NCBI GenBank assembly: GCA_045637065.1
Contig: JAZTYQ010000010.1
Coordinates: 1-61,827 of the forward strand
Origin: Acutalibacteraceae bacterium
Lineage (GTDB): Bacteria; Bacillota; Clostridia; Oscillospirales; Acutalibacteraceae
Direction of reading: 5' to 3'
DNA: 61,827 nt
The notes under the pieces were generated by a model that searched no databases, had not been told where the DNA came from, and saw only the letters and a list, made by a program, of their open reading frames with translations. The position numbers and the translations under genes are program-made. Positions 8,327-18,200 of the stretch are shown piece by piece; position 1 is the stretch's first letter, and each line of letters begins with the position of its first letter.

Positions 8327-8875
8327 TTGCCGCGCTACGGCCTATTAGTGGGAGGACTTTTTTCTGCACACCCCAAAAACAGGAAAGGAGCGATAAACAT
8401 AAAAGAATTAAGTTCCAGAGAAAAACAGTTCTGCGTCTGGTATTCACGCAGCAGAAACCCGCGTGAGGCTGCAGTCAGGTCAGGTTATCTCTTCCCTGAA
8501 AAAACTGCACTGAAGCTTCTCAGACGAAAAGAGGTACGCGAGGAAATCACACGCCTTGACAATCAGCAAAGCACCACCAATAAAGATATTGCCTTTGGCC
8601 TGAACAGACTGGCTTTCGGATGTGTCAGCGATGCGGTTTCACTTCTTTTCAAGGATGAGGTCACTGACAGCGACCTTGAGAAAATGGATCTTTTCAATGT
8701 TTCGGAAATCAAGCGCAAGAAAAACGGCGAAATGGAAATCAAATTTTTCGACCGCCTCAAGGCACTTGAAAAGCTGACGGATATAACGGATATGTCCTCC
8801 TCCGACGAAGAAAACTCCATTTTCCACGCAATAGCAAAGGGCGCAGCTGCCCTGAGGAACGAAAACTATGAGTAA
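8327..8875 (+). CDS. terS: Phage terminase small subunit
   Basis: KELSSREKQFCVWYSRSRNPREAAVRSGY...ALKLLRRKEVREEI is the typical HTH N-terminus of Terminase_2-type small subunits, and the gene lies directly upstream of terL. The start is uncertain: TTG 8327 in the track, GTG 8348 also possible. Confidence 0.75.
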   Translation: MPRYGLLVGGLFSAHPKNRKGAINIKELSSREKQFCVWYSRSRNPREAAVRSGYLFPEKTALKLLRRKEVREEITRLDNQQSTTNKDIAFGLNRLAFGCVSDAVSLLFKDEVTDSDLEKMDLFNVSEIKRKKNGEMEIKFFDRLKALEKLTDITDMSSSDEENSIFHAIAKGAAALRNENYE

Positions 8876-10136
8876 GTCTGTTTTCACCACCTTTTCTGAG
8901 AAGCAGCTCACCGCCCTTTCCTGGTGGCACCCCTCATCACCCTACAGCACTCTGGATGCAATTATCTGTGATGGTGCTGTCAGAAGCGGTAAAACAACCT
9001 GTCTTTCACTGTCCTTTGTCTGCTGGGCATTTTATGAGTTTGACGACACTTCCTTTGCACTTTGCGGCAAAACCGTTACATCTCTGAAAAGGAACATCCT
9101 TGTTCCCCTTTTAAGCACACTCAGAAGCCTCGGTTTTGATTGTAAAGAGAAGCTGTCACAAAATCTTATAATAATCAGCTACAAGGGCAGAACAAACAGA
9201 TTTTATCTCTTCGGCGGCAAGGATGAAGGCTCCGCCGCACTTATTCAGGGCATGACCCTTGGCGGTGTACTTCTTGACGAGGTGGCTCTTATGCCCCGCT
9301 CCTTCACTGAACAGGCACTTGCCCGTTGCTCTCTTTCAGGCTCAAAGCTATGGTTTAACTGTAACCCGGAAAGCCCCTCTCATTGGTTTTATGAGGAGTG
9401 GATTAAGAAGGCAAAGAAAAAAAATTGCCTTTATCTTCACTTTCTGATGAGTGACAACCCGTCTCTGAGTGCCGACATTTTAAGGCGGTACGAAAGCCTT
9501 TACAGCGGCGCCTTTTATGAGCGCTTTGTTCTTGGCAGATGGGTAGCGGCAAGCGGTCTTGTTTACGGTGATGTTGCAAGAGGAAAATATGTGGCAAATC
9601 CTCCCCTTTCTACATTCGAACAATATTATATTTCCTGCGATTACGGCACGGTAAACCCTACCTCCATGGGTCTGTGGGGACTTTATGGGGGTGTGTGGTA
9701 CCGCATTGACGAGTTTTATTACAGCTCCCGTAAAGAAGGAAGTCAGCTCACTGACGAAGAGTATCACGAAAAGCTCCTTAAATTCAGCGAGGGATATAAT
9801 ATCGAGGCTGTCATAATCGACCCCTCGGCAGCCTCATTTATTGAATGTATAAACCGCCACGGCAAATTCAGGGTAATCAAGGCGAAAAACGATGTGACAG
9901 ACGGCATTCGCAAAGTACACAGTGCCTTCAGGCAGGGAAAGCTTGTTATTTCCCCCTGCTGCAAGGCCGCCCTGAAGGAGTTTTCCCTTTACCGCTGGGA
10001 TGAGGGGTCGGGAAGAGATGTCCCCCGCAAGGAAAACGACCACGCTATGGACGAGATACGCTATTTCGTTTCAACAGTTCTGTCACAGGAAACCAAAAGT
10101 GACTTTTTTGTTCTTTCGGCAGAAAGGTCACCGTAA
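8868..10136 (+). CDS. terL: Phage terminase large subunit (PBSX/XtmB-like)
   Basis: 422 aa. Contains Walker A CDGAVRSGKT, Walker B GGVLLDEV and a C-terminal RNase-H-like nuclease region (ISCDYGTVNPTS...VIIDPSAASF...DHAMDEIRY). It overlaps terS by 8 nt. Confidence 0.9.
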   Translation: MSKSVFTTFSEKQLTALSWWHPSSPYSTLDAIICDGAVRSGKTTCLSLSFVCWAFYEFDDTSFALCGKTVTSLKRNILVPLLSTLRSLGFDCKEKLSQNLIIISYKGRTNRFYLFGGKDEGSAALIQGMTLGGVLLDEVALMPRSFTEQALARCSLSGSKLWFNCNPESPSHWFYEEWIKKAKKKNCLYLHFLMSDNPSLSADILRRYESLYSGAFYERFVLGRWVAASGLVYGDVARGKYVANPPLSTFEQYYISCDYGTVNPTSMGLWGLYGGVWYRIDEFYYSSRKEGSQLTDEEYHEKLLKFSEGYNIEAVIIDPSAASFIECINRHGKFRVIKAKNDVTDGIRKVHSAFRQGKLVISPCCKAALKEFSLYRWDEGSGRDVPRKENDHAMDEIRYFVSTVLSQETKSDFFVLSAERSP

Positions 10137-10219
10137 AGGTAACTACCTAAGGCAGCGGCAGTCCAACCGAACAAGTCTTAAATGTCCGATTGCCGTTACC
10201 TTTAAGAAAGGAGAATATT

Positions 10220-11377
10220 TTGGCACTGAGAAAACGCAAAAATGAGCCGGTTGCAGCTGAAACCGTGTCAACACCCCAGACAGGCAGCAGAAACGGAAGC
10301 TTCACAGGTCTTGCCTCATATGTCCCCTATGGGGAATGCGACTTCGCCCTTTACACGGCTCTGCGCAAAGCAATTCCCATAATCGATGCCGCTATCATGA
10401 AAACAGTAAGACTGCTTGGTTCTTTCAGGGTGGTGTGTGAAGACGAAAAGGCTCAGAAACACCTGGACAGCTTTCTGCAGAATGTAAATGTAGGCGGCAC
10501 AAGACAGGGCATAGATGCTTTTGTTTCCACCTTTTTTGAGCAGCTTATAACCTACGGCACGGCAATAGGCGAAATGGTTGTCACCGAAAGCAGCATAAGC
10601 CACCTTTATAACAGCGACCTGAAAAGCGTTTCACTGTCCCGCGGTTCTTCACCCCTTGATATCGTGGTGTCTTCTGACTGCGGTAACGGTATATGTAAGC
10701 CGGTACCCTATCCCTCACTTATTCTGCTTGCCACACACAATCCTGAGCCGGGCAGAATATACGGCACCTCACTGCTCAGAGGCCTGCCCTTCGTCAGTGA
10801 AATTCTGCTGAAAATCTATAACACCATAGGCATAAACTGGGAGCGTCTTGGCAATGTACGCTTTGCCGTAACCTATAAGCCTCAGAACGATGCCATTGAC
10901 AAGGCATATGCAAAAGAGCGTGCCATGCAGGTTGCTAAGGAGTGGAGCCGTACCATGCAGAGCGACGGTGCCGTCAGAGATTTCGTTGCCGTTGGTGATG
11001 TGAGTGTCAAGGCAATCGGTGCTGACAACCAGATTTTAGACAGTGATGTCCCCGTAAAACAGTTGCTTGAGCAGATAGTTGCAAAATTAGGCATTCCTCC
11101 ATTTCTGTTGGGGCTTTCATGGTCTTCCACAGAGCGTATGAGCTATCAGCAGGCAGACATTCTCACAAGTGAAATTGATTTTTATCGCCGTGAGATTACA
11201 CCTGTCATAAGAAAAATCTGCAACACCTGCCTTCGCCTGAGCGGTTACTGCTGTGATTTCACCCTTGAATGGGACAGCATCACCCTTCAGGATATCAGCG
11301 AGCTTGCCAAGAGCCGACACTACGACGCTCTCACACAGCAAATTCTTTCACAGACAGGAGGAAATGACACTGAATAA
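10220..11377 (+). CDS. Phage portal protein
   Basis: About 385 aa, in the position between terL and the protease/capsid genes, with size and composition typical of portal proteins. The likely start is TTG 10220, 6 nt after AAAGGAG; the track start 10190 has no RBS. Confidence 0.7.
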   Translation: MALRKRKNEPVAAETVSTPQTGSRNGSFTGLASYVPYGECDFALYTALRKAIPIIDAAIMKTVRLLGSFRVVCEDEKAQKHLDSFLQNVNVGGTRQGIDAFVSTFFEQLITYGTAIGEMVVTESSISHLYNSDLKSVSLSRGSSPLDIVVSSDCGNGICKPVPYPSLILLATHNPEPGRIYGTSLLRGLPFVSEILLKIYNTIGINWERLGNVRFAVTYKPQNDAIDKAYAKERAMQVAKEWSRTMQSDGAVRDFVAVGDVSVKAIGADNQILDSDVPVKQLLEQIVAKLGIPPFLLGLSWSSTERMSYQQADILTSEIDFYRREITPVIRKICNTCLRLSGYCCDFTLEWDSITLQDISELAKSRHYDALTQQILSQTGGNDTE

Positions 11378-12317
11378 CTCTAAGCTTTCACCCGAAGAGG
11401 AGCTTGCCCTCATTAACAAGCTGACCCGTACCCCGCTGACAAAGGAGCAGGTCTATACCTTCACCGTCACTCTCTGCGACAACGAGATTGACCGTGATTT
11501 CGAGCGCTTCAGCACTGACAGCATCAGCCGGCTCGAAAAGCTCTTTGTGGGCAGAACGGGCATTTCCGACCACAGTATGCGCTCAAAAGACCAGGCGGCA
11601 CGAATTTTCCGCACCTATATCTATGTGGACGCGTACAAAAAAACCGCCTGCGGTGAGAAATACACCGCTCTCAAGGCTGATGCCTATATGGTCAGAACCG
11701 ACTCCAACATCGACCTTATAAAGGAAATTGAAGGCGGAATCAAAAAGGAAGTGAGCATCGGCTGCGCTGCGAGTAAGATTATCTGCAGTATCTGCGGCAA
11801 AAACATGAAGGCTCACGAATGCTCTCACATCAAGGGCAAAGCCTATAAAGGCAAGGTCTGTCACGGCATTCTTTCAGACATAAGCGATGCCTATGAGTGG
11901 TCTTTTGTGGCAGTTCCCGCCCAGAGAAATGCAGGAGTAACCAAATCTTTTAAAATAAAGGAGGAACCCGCACTGAACACTCTTGACATTATTAAATCCA
12001 TGTCTGAAGACACCCTCATATCTCCCGCTCAGGCTAAAGAGGTATGCGACTATATTGCCCAACTTGAAAAGGCAGCTCAGGAAGCGGCGGTCTATAAGCA
12101 GCATCTCACAGAGGATATTGCGCGCTACGCTCTTATCATTATGCCTAAAGTTGACACAAAGCAGTTCACTGAAAACTGCTCTAATATGGATGTTTCTTCA
12201 CTTAAAAAATTCAGGGACGACCTTAAAAAGCAGGCTGAGACCGCACTACCCGTCTCACTTCAGCTCACACCCTGCACAGACAGAAACGCTCCCGACAACA
12301 AAGATTTCATTATTTAA
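11364..12317 (+). CDS. Prohead protease / scaffold protein (XkdF-like)
   Basis: ATG 11364 follows AGGAGGAA; the track start 11253 lies inside the portal gene. The N-terminal region TVTLCDNEIDRDFERFS...FVGRTGISDHS resembles XkdF-type prohead proteases, and the C-terminal half is helical and charged like a scaffold. Confidence 0.6.
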   Translation: MTLNNSKLSPEEELALINKLTRTPLTKEQVYTFTVTLCDNEIDRDFERFSTDSISRLEKLFVGRTGISDHSMRSKDQAARIFRTYIYVDAYKKTACGEKYTALKADAYMVRTDSNIDLIKEIEGGIKKEVSIGCAASKIICSICGKNMKAHECSHIKGKAYKGKVCHGILSDISDAYEWSFVAVPAQRNAGVTKSFKIKEEPALNTLDIIKSMSEDTLISPAQAKEVCDYIAQLEKAAQEAAVYKQHLTEDIARYALIIMPKVDTKQFTENCSNMDVSSLKKFRDDLKKQAETALPVSLQLTPCTDRNAPDNKDFII

Positions 12318-12347
12318 GTTTTTTTCTTATAACAGGAGGTATTTTAT

Positions 12348-13349
12348 ATGACATTTGATAATATCAAACTTGAAAAGGGTCTTTACACCACAGGCAAAAG
12401 CTTCACTCAGGCACTTGAAAGCATCGACCCCAGCGAAAACTATCAGGGTACAAACCTTGAAGGTCTTGACGCATATCAGCGTCAGCTCAAGCGTTTCGAC
12501 ATTAAAGTCGGCGGCACAAACAGCGATACAATCGAAAAATTCTTCAAGTCCTCAGACAGTGCCACTCTTTTCCCCGAATATGTTTCAAGAGCAATTGCTC
12601 AGGGCATTGCAGAGGCTGACCTTGTGTCAAAGATTATTGCCACAACAACAAACATCGAGTGTATGGACTACCGCACAATCACCTGCGCTCCCGAAAACGA
12701 TGAGACTCCCGGCGTTATCAATGAAGGTGAACTCATACCCGAAACAAAAATCTCAACTCAGGAAAACCTTGTGAAGCTTCACAAGCGCGGCAGAATGCTC
12801 TCAGCCCCCTATGAAGCTATCCGTTTTCAGCGTCTCGACCTTTTCACCGTTACTCTCAAGCAGATTGGTGCTTCTATTGCAAGAGCCCAGCTCGCAGATG
12901 CTATTGCGGCTATTATGGGTACTGACGGCAATAATCCCGAGGCTGAAAAAGTAAATGCAGCAGGTGCCACTCTTACATATGACGACCTTGTTGACTTCTG
13001 GAACATGTTCTCACCCTATAACCTTACAACTGTCATCGCTTCACCTGATGTGCTTTCACAGATTCTCAAAATGAATGAGTTCAGAGATGCCTACACAGGT
13101 CTCGACTTCCACTCAACAGGCAAGCTTGTTACGCCCTTTGGTGCAGAGCTTTATAAGAATGCAGGAGTTGCTGCCAACACTCTTATCGGTCTTGACAAAA
13201 ACTGCGCTCTTGAAAAGGTGCAGGTAGGCGGCATCCTCACAGAATATGACAAGCTCATTGACCGTCAGCTTGAAAGAGCAGCTATCACTTCAATCGCAGG
13301 CTTCTCAAAGATTTACGCCGACGCTTCAAAGGTTCTCACCTTGGCATAA
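12348..13349 (+). CDS. Phage major capsid protein
   Basis: 333 aa immediately after the protease/scaffold gene, with strong RBS AGGAGGT. Its size and position are canonical for an HK97-fold major capsid protein in terS-terL-portal-protease-MCP modules. Confidence 0.75.
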   Translation: MTFDNIKLEKGLYTTGKSFTQALESIDPSENYQGTNLEGLDAYQRQLKRFDIKVGGTNSDTIEKFFKSSDSATLFPEYVSRAIAQGIAEADLVSKIIATTTNIECMDYRTITCAPENDETPGVINEGELIPETKISTQENLVKLHKRGRMLSAPYEAIRFQRLDLFTVTLKQIGASIARAQLADAIAAIMGTDGNNPEAEKVNAAGATLTYDDLVDFWNMFSPYNLTTVIASPDVLSQILKMNEFRDAYTGLDFHSTGKLVTPFGAELYKNAGVAANTLIGLDKNCALEKVQVGGILTEYDKLIDRQLERAAITSIAGFSKIYADASKVLTLA

Positions 13350-13361
13350 GGGTGATACCCT

Positions 13362-13724
13362 ATGGTTAGTGTCAATGATGTTTATTCTGTTCTTTGCACC
13401 TATGAAACCTCAAAGGGTTACACAAGTGAGGAGCTTCTTCCTTGCTGCAAAAGAGGACTTCAGTGGGTTATGAACAGATTAAAGGATGAAGCAGATGAAG
13501 ACGACCCCCTTATTGCAGTTACGGCGGCAGCAATAGCCAACTTCTATTTTTTCATTATGCGTCTGAGTGACCCGGACACCTATGAAAGTTTCAAGACAGG
13601 CGATATGACAATAAAGCGAAGCCCTGAAAAAGAGCTTAAGCTTGCCATGGAAAAACGCTCCCTTGCAATTGCCGAGGCAAGCTCCATTATCAAGGATATG
13701 GGGTTTTATTGCCGTGGCAGATAA
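13362..13724 (+). CDS. Phage head-tail connector / DNA-packaging (gp6-like) protein, putative
   Basis: 120 aa, the first small ORF after the capsid gene. The call rests on position only. Confidence 0.45.
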   Translation: MVSVNDVYSVLCTYETSKGYTSEELLPCCKRGLQWVMNRLKDEADEDDPLIAVTAAAIANFYFFIMRLSDPDTYESFKTGDMTIKRSPEKELKLAMEKRSLAIAEASSIIKDMGFYCRGR

Positions 13725-14055
13725 GCTTTTAAGAAACAAGCTTTTTGACAGATTTGGCGTAAGAATGTCCTATGTGTCCGGCACTGACAAAGAAAGCTTC
13801 GACTTCTATGCCCATCTACAGCCCCTGAGGTATAAAAATAAGCTATACCTCAGCGGTGTACCCACAGAGCTTGGCTATGACGGACTTAACAAATATCTTC
13901 TTCTTTGCGACCCCTCAATTGATATGGGAAGCATTGACGGCATCAACTACCGTTTGACCTTCAGCGGCAACGCCTACGGAGTTGACCACCACGAAATAGT
14001 TTACCGTCTGGGCAAGCCCTTTTATATGTGGGCTATAGTTCACAGGGAGGGATAA
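13714..14055 (+). CDS. Phage head-completion protein, putative
   Basis: GTG 13714 overlaps the preceding stop (GTGGCAGATAA), indicating translational coupling. 113 aa. The track start 13642 is an in-gene extension. Confidence 0.4.
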   Translation: MADKLLRNKLFDRFGVRMSYVSGTDKESFDFYAHLQPLRYKNKLYLSGVPTELGYDGLNKYLLLCDPSIDMGSIDGINYRLTFSGNAYGVDHHEIVYRLGKPFYMWAIVHREG

Positions 14056-14056
14056 T

Positions 14057-14461
14057 ATGACCTTTTCAACAGACCTTATAACGCAGCTCATAGATTATAT
14101 AAACAAAGACGATTTTCTTTCAAAGCTGGGCAGGGCTATAAGAGCCTACGACACCGAAGGCCTCAGCGTACCTCTCAGAGAAACCTATTTTTCCTTTTCC
14201 TGCAAGGAAAACACCGTCACTCTCACAAAAGGCGAGGAGAGCTTCTCTGAGGAAAATAAAATTGTTATAAAGATGAACTGCTTTTCTCCTCTTAAAAAAT
14301 CGGCATATTCGGCTCACAACCTGACAGAAAGGGTTACGGCAGGTCTGAGTGAGGCTTTCAAAAGCTCAGTGACACACTTCACTATCGGCGACACCTTGTA
14401 TGACGACGATGTGAAAAGCTACAAAATAACTGCACTTATATCCTTCAGCTTCATCTCATAA
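14057..14461 (+). CDS. Phage hypothetical protein (last gene of the head module)
   Basis: 134 aa. The ATG lies 1 nt after the previous stop, and a strong terminator follows. Confidence 0.45.
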   Translation: MTFSTDLITQLIDYINKDDFLSKLGRAIRAYDTEGLSVPLRETYFSFSCKENTVTLTKGEESFSEENKIVIKMNCFSPLKKSAYSAHNLTERVTAGLSEAFKSSVTHFTIGDTLYDDDVKSYKITALISFSFIS

Positions 14462-14466
14462 AAATA

Positions 14467-14495
14467 ACGGGTACCCTTTTGGGTACCCGTTTTTC
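14467..14495 (+). terminator. Rho-independent terminator closing the phage head module
   Basis: acgggtaccc-tttt-gggtacccgt is a perfect 10-bp stem followed by TTTTT. Confidence 0.85.
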
Positions 14496-14545
14496 ATGGC
14501 CGCAGGTCATTTCATGCACCACAGGTGCATTTCATTCTTTATAAT
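14495..14545. repeat. Mini-hairpin / ATTTCAT array (family E), short copy
   Basis: ttttcat-ggcc gca ggtc-atttcat-gcacc aca ggtgc-atttcat. It has the same unit design as 19378-19475 and 47280-47460. Confidence 0.6.
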
Positions 14546-14654
14546 CGTATCCTTACAGAAAGTTTGTTTTTTAGATAATAGATAATGTTTAATGGTTAAT
14601 AGATCAGAGATAGTTTTGGTGAGCCGGGGCGGCGCGGCAAGCTTCATCTGCGGT

Positions 14655-14739
14655 GGGCGGGGGCTCCACAAAAATCGCTTTGCGATTTTGCGCGACCCTC
14701 GGTCGCCTGCCGAACAACGTTCGGCAGTGGAGCCGCCGC
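14655..14739. repeat. Cloverleaf-like palindromic intergenic element, copy 2 (family A)
   Basis: The outer stem gggggctccac / gtggagccgcc encloses aaaatcgc-ttt-gcgatttt, gcgacc-ctc-ggtcgc and gccgaac-aac-gttcggc. The stem differences from copy 1 are compensatory (A:T to G:C in hairpin 1, G:C to A:T in hairpin 3). Confidence 0.8.
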
Positions 14740-14822
14740 AACTTCCCTTCAGCACAGATAAAAAGGGAAGGCAACAGCCTCCCCTGAATGTATATGAGTT
14801 TATATTCTGCGGACTGAACCTC

Positions 14823-16208
14823 TCAGCTTCCTGAGGCTTCCTCGCAATTCCGCATTCCCAATTCCGAATTCATAATTCTCTTAAACTTTCTCTGCTTGAA
14901 AAAATAAATGATAATCAGAGGTATATCTGCAAGAAGCCAAGCAGCAGGACCCGCATAGCATATTGCATCAAAGCCCAGGGCAGGTGTCAGCACAAAAGCC
15001 ACTGCAAGTCTTCCGAAAAACTCGCCCACACCGGCAATTGAGTTTGCATAGGTGAAGCCCAGACCCTGCAAAGTGTTACGCATAACGAAAAGTATAGCCA
15101 CAAGACTGTAGCACTGTGCAATTGCAAGAATATATCTCTTTGCTGCCGCCATCATTCCGGGAGTTATTTCCTCACTGAAAACGGAAACAACAGGCTCACC
15201 TATAATCAGGAGTATTGCACTCATAGCCACTGAAACAACAAGGTTCAGTAAAAAAATCTTTCTGACGGACTTTATTATTCTCTCGTAGTTGCCTGCGCCG
15301 TAATTCTGACCGACGAAGGTCTGCGTTGCAACGCCAAGACCCGACATAGGGATATTTGTCAGATTTTCCACCCTGTTTGCGGCAGTGAAGCCTGCAATAA
15401 CATCTGTGCCGAAGGAATTGACCACACTCTGAAGGCACATTGAGCCAATTGAGGTAACGGTAAACTGTACGGAAACGGGAATACCCAGCCTTATCTGATA
15501 AAAGGCGGTCTTGACATCAAGGCGAAGGTCTTTTCTTTTTATTACAACTTCTTTGTTGAAGCGTAAAACAAATATGCCGTTGAGAACGCAGGCTGTCAGG
15601 TGAGCAATAAGAGTGGCAATTGCAGCACCCTCAACGCCCATATCAAGCTCCTTGACAAAAAGCAGGTCGAGAATAAAATTCACCACCACACTGACACAGA
15701 AGAAGTAAAGAGGCTTTTTGCTTTCACCCACACTTCGTGAAATTGCCGTGAAGTTGTTAGAGAGCATCTGAATAGGGATACCGTAATAAAGTATGTTAAC
15801 ATAGGCTGAGGATAAATCTATAATATCCTCAGGGGTACCGATAGCTCTGAGCAAATAGGGAGATATGATGTGAGACACCACAAGAATAATACTGCCTACA
15901 ATAAAAGCAAGCACAATGCTGCTGCCTGCAAACTTTGAGAGCTTTGCCTTATTTTTTTCACCGAAGGCGTGGGCAACGGGTATGGAAAAGCCTGTGGTAA
16001 GTCCCAGAGCTGCACCGATAATAAAGGAATTTATCGGACCCACTGCACCCACGGCAGCAAGAGCACCGTTGCTGACATATCTGCCCACGATAATGTTATC
16101 CACCAGAGAATAGTTATATTGCAGCATTGAGGAGGCCATAATGGGCAGTGCAAAAAGCACTATGCTTTTGAGAACATTACCCTCAAGCATTGAGTTTCTT
16201 CTTTTCAT
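14823..16208 (-). CDS. MATE family efflux transporter
   Basis: 461 aa with 12 predicted TM segments. The N-terminus GNVLKSIVLFALPIMASSMLQYNYSLVDNIIVGRYV is characteristic of MATE/NorM-DinF transporters. Confidence 0.88.
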   Translation of the reverse strand: MKRRNSMLEGNVLKSIVLFALPIMASSMLQYNYSLVDNIIVGRYVSNGALAAVGAVGPINSFIIGAALGLTTGFSIPVAHAFGEKNKAKLSKFAGSSIVLAFIVGSIILVVSHIISPYLLRAIGTPEDIIDLSSAYVNILYYGIPIQMLSNNFTAISRSVGESKKPLYFFCVSVVVNFILDLLFVKELDMGVEGAAIATLIAHLTACVLNGIFVLRFNKEVVIKRKDLRLDVKTAFYQIRLGIPVSVQFTVTSIGSMCLQSVVNSFGTDVIAGFTAANRVENLTNIPMSGLGVATQTFVGQNYGAGNYERIIKSVRKIFLLNLVVSVAMSAILLIIGEPVVSVFSEEITPGMMAAAKRYILAIAQCYSLVAILFVMRNTLQGLGFTYANSIAGVGEFFGRLAVAFVLTPALGFDAICYAGPAAWLLADIPLIIIYFFKQRKFKRIMNSELGMRNCEEASGS

Positions 16209-16278
16209 AAAGCTTCTCCGTTTGTTTTAAAGTCGCTTGTATTATACTCTGAAAGAAATATATGTCAATAGCCTTGTC

Positions 16279-17148
16279 TTATTTTTTGCCCACTTCGCTC
16301 CATAGGGTGAAGCCTAAAATCATGGCACCGCCTAAAATCTGCATAGGTGTAATAGCCTCGTGAAGCACTGCAACGGAAACGACTACGGCAACGAGTGGAT
16401 CAATATAGCTCAGAAGTGCCGCCTGCTGACCTGTCAGCGCCTTGATTGAAGGGAAGTAAAGACAGTATGTAACACCTGTGTGGAAAAGACCCACAACAAG
16501 AAGACAGACAACACCTGTGGTGTCAAGCTGACCTAAGTTTACGCCGTCGGTTAAAAGCACATAGGGTATCAGCACACCTATAGCCGCAATAAACTGCAGA
16601 AAGGTACGGTGTATACCTTCAACATTTTTGATGAATTTATTAAGCAGAATAACCGTAGCATAAAACATTGCCGCGCCAAGACCGAAGGCAATACCCTTAA
16701 GGTGGCTGTCGCCTGAGGAAATGTCACCAAGCCCCGTGATAAGCACAATGCCCACCGTTGACATAGCAAAGCATATCCACTGCTTAGCTGTCATTTTTTC
16801 CTTGAATATAATCGGACACACCACGGTGACAATAACGGGAGCAAAATAATAGCTCAGTGTGGCAACTGAAACGGTGGTATATTTATATGCCTCAAAGAGA
16901 AGTATCCAGTTGACGCCCATTGCCGCACCTGAAAGAAAGAGCAATGCAATTTCCCTCTTTATCTTTCTGAAGGGTATTTTCTGCCTTGTCACAAGAAGAT
17001 AAATTCCCAGCAGTGCCGCCGCAAGCACAGCCCTGTAAAGAGCAATTTCCCCTGAGGGCAGATTTATATTTCTTACAAAAAGTCCTATGGTACCAAAAAC
17101 GGACATTGATATTATCAGCAGGATTTTAGGGTCCTTCAGCTTTTTCAT
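16279..17148 (-). CDS. EamA/DMT family transporter
   Basis: 289 aa with 10 TM segments in two repeated halves (EamA-type duplication). Confidence 0.8.
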   Translation of the reverse strand: MKKLKDPKILLIISMSVFGTIGLFVRNINLPSGEIALYRAVLAAALLGIYLLVTRQKIPFRKIKREIALLFLSGAAMGVNWILLFEAYKYTTVSVATLSYYFAPVIVTVVCPIIFKEKMTAKQWICFAMSTVGIVLITGLGDISSGDSHLKGIAFGLGAAMFYATVILLNKFIKNVEGIHRTFLQFIAAIGVLIPYVLLTDGVNLGQLDTTGVVCLLVVGLFHTGVTYCLYFPSIKALTGQQAALLSYIDPLVAVVVSVAVLHEAITPMQILGGAMILGFTLWSEVGKK

Positions 17149-17240
17149 TTTATCATTCCTTAAAATAAGATGAGGAAATTATATCACATCTTTTCACCTT
17201 ACACAATAGGCAAAAGGCGACTTCATCAGCCGCCCTTTTA

Positions 17241-18200
17241 TCAATAGCAGAAATATTTATAAAATGTGGGATAGACCGCAAAGAACTGGCTTAGTGTTGT
17301 ACGCGTTTTGGAGCCGGGGTCATTTACAATGAAATTTTCCGGCGAGAGAGTTTCAAAGCCGTTATAGCCCGTGACAACAACCCAGTGCTGAGAACCCTTA
17401 CTGTTTTTTGCGCCTATAAGAACGGGTCTGCCCGCCTTCAGCTCAGAGTATATCTTTGAAAGATATCCCGATGAGCTTGTGGTTACCTTATAGTCCTTTG
17501 GCCAATAGACACTGCCTGATGAGGAATAGGAAAGTCTTTTTGACATTTCGTCGGGATAAATCGTCTTGCCGCTTCTGTAGGATTCTATCATGGCAATTGC
17601 CGTTGTGACACAGCCTATCTGACCTATGGTTTTTCCCGATGTTCCTATTTTCACATTTGCCCAACGGCTGTCCGTCTGCTTATAGGAGGGAACACTGAGC
17701 GTTACGGCAGGGTACTTGGGAACCTCAGCCGAAGAAAGATATGTGCTGCTTACATATCCCGTTTTTGTGCCGTGATAAAGGATTTTGCTCCATGTGCCGC
17801 TCTCGGAAAGAACAATGACCCTTTCACCCTTTGACAGGCGACTCACCACGGAGTAGGAGGTACCTGCGCCACTGCGTACATTGAGTACCCCGCTGTTGAT
17901 TTTTACCGTTGCTGCCCTCCCGGATACCTGACGTATATAGTCGCTGTGGCTGTAGCCGTACTGTCCCTCGGCATATTCAACGCGCCACCAGGATGAGCTT
18001 TTTGAGAGCAGTGTCACATAGTCACCCTTTTTAAGTGTGGACACAATCTGCGCCCCGCTCTGCGGACTGCTTCTGACATTGAGATTGCCCTGGGCCGTAG
18101 CCACATAGCCTGCCGAAAAATCCTCGGCGGCGCTGACATTTATCACAGACCCTGACAAAATAAGAGTTAAAATAATAAGTGCAGATATAAATTTTTTCAT
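17241..18200 (-). CDS. Secreted SH3b-domain protein with C-terminal papain-like (C39-like) cysteine peptidase domain
   Basis: Contains a signal peptide MKKFISALIILTLILSGSVINVSA and two SH3_3-type repeats (GNLNVRSSPQSGAQIVSTLKKGDYV...; GVLNVRSGAGTSYSVVSRLSKGERV...). The C-terminus carries a candidate catalytic Cys (GQIGCVTTAIAM) and His (QHWVVVTGY). Confidence 0.7.
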   Translation of the reverse strand: MKKFISALIILTLILSGSVINVSAAEDFSAGYVATAQGNLNVRSSPQSGAQIVSTLKKGDYVTLLSKSSSWWRVEYAEGQYGYSHSDYIRQVSGRAATVKINSGVLNVRSGAGTSYSVVSRLSKGERVIVLSESGTWSKILYHGTKTGYVSSTYLSSAEVPKYPAVTLSVPSYKQTDSRWANVKIGTSGKTIGQIGCVTTAIAMIESYRSGKTIYPDEMSKRLSYSSSGSVYWPKDYKVTTSSSGYLSKIYSELKAGRPVLIGAKNSKGSQHWVVVTGYNGFETLSPENFIVNDPGSKTRTTLSQFFAVYPTFYKYFCY

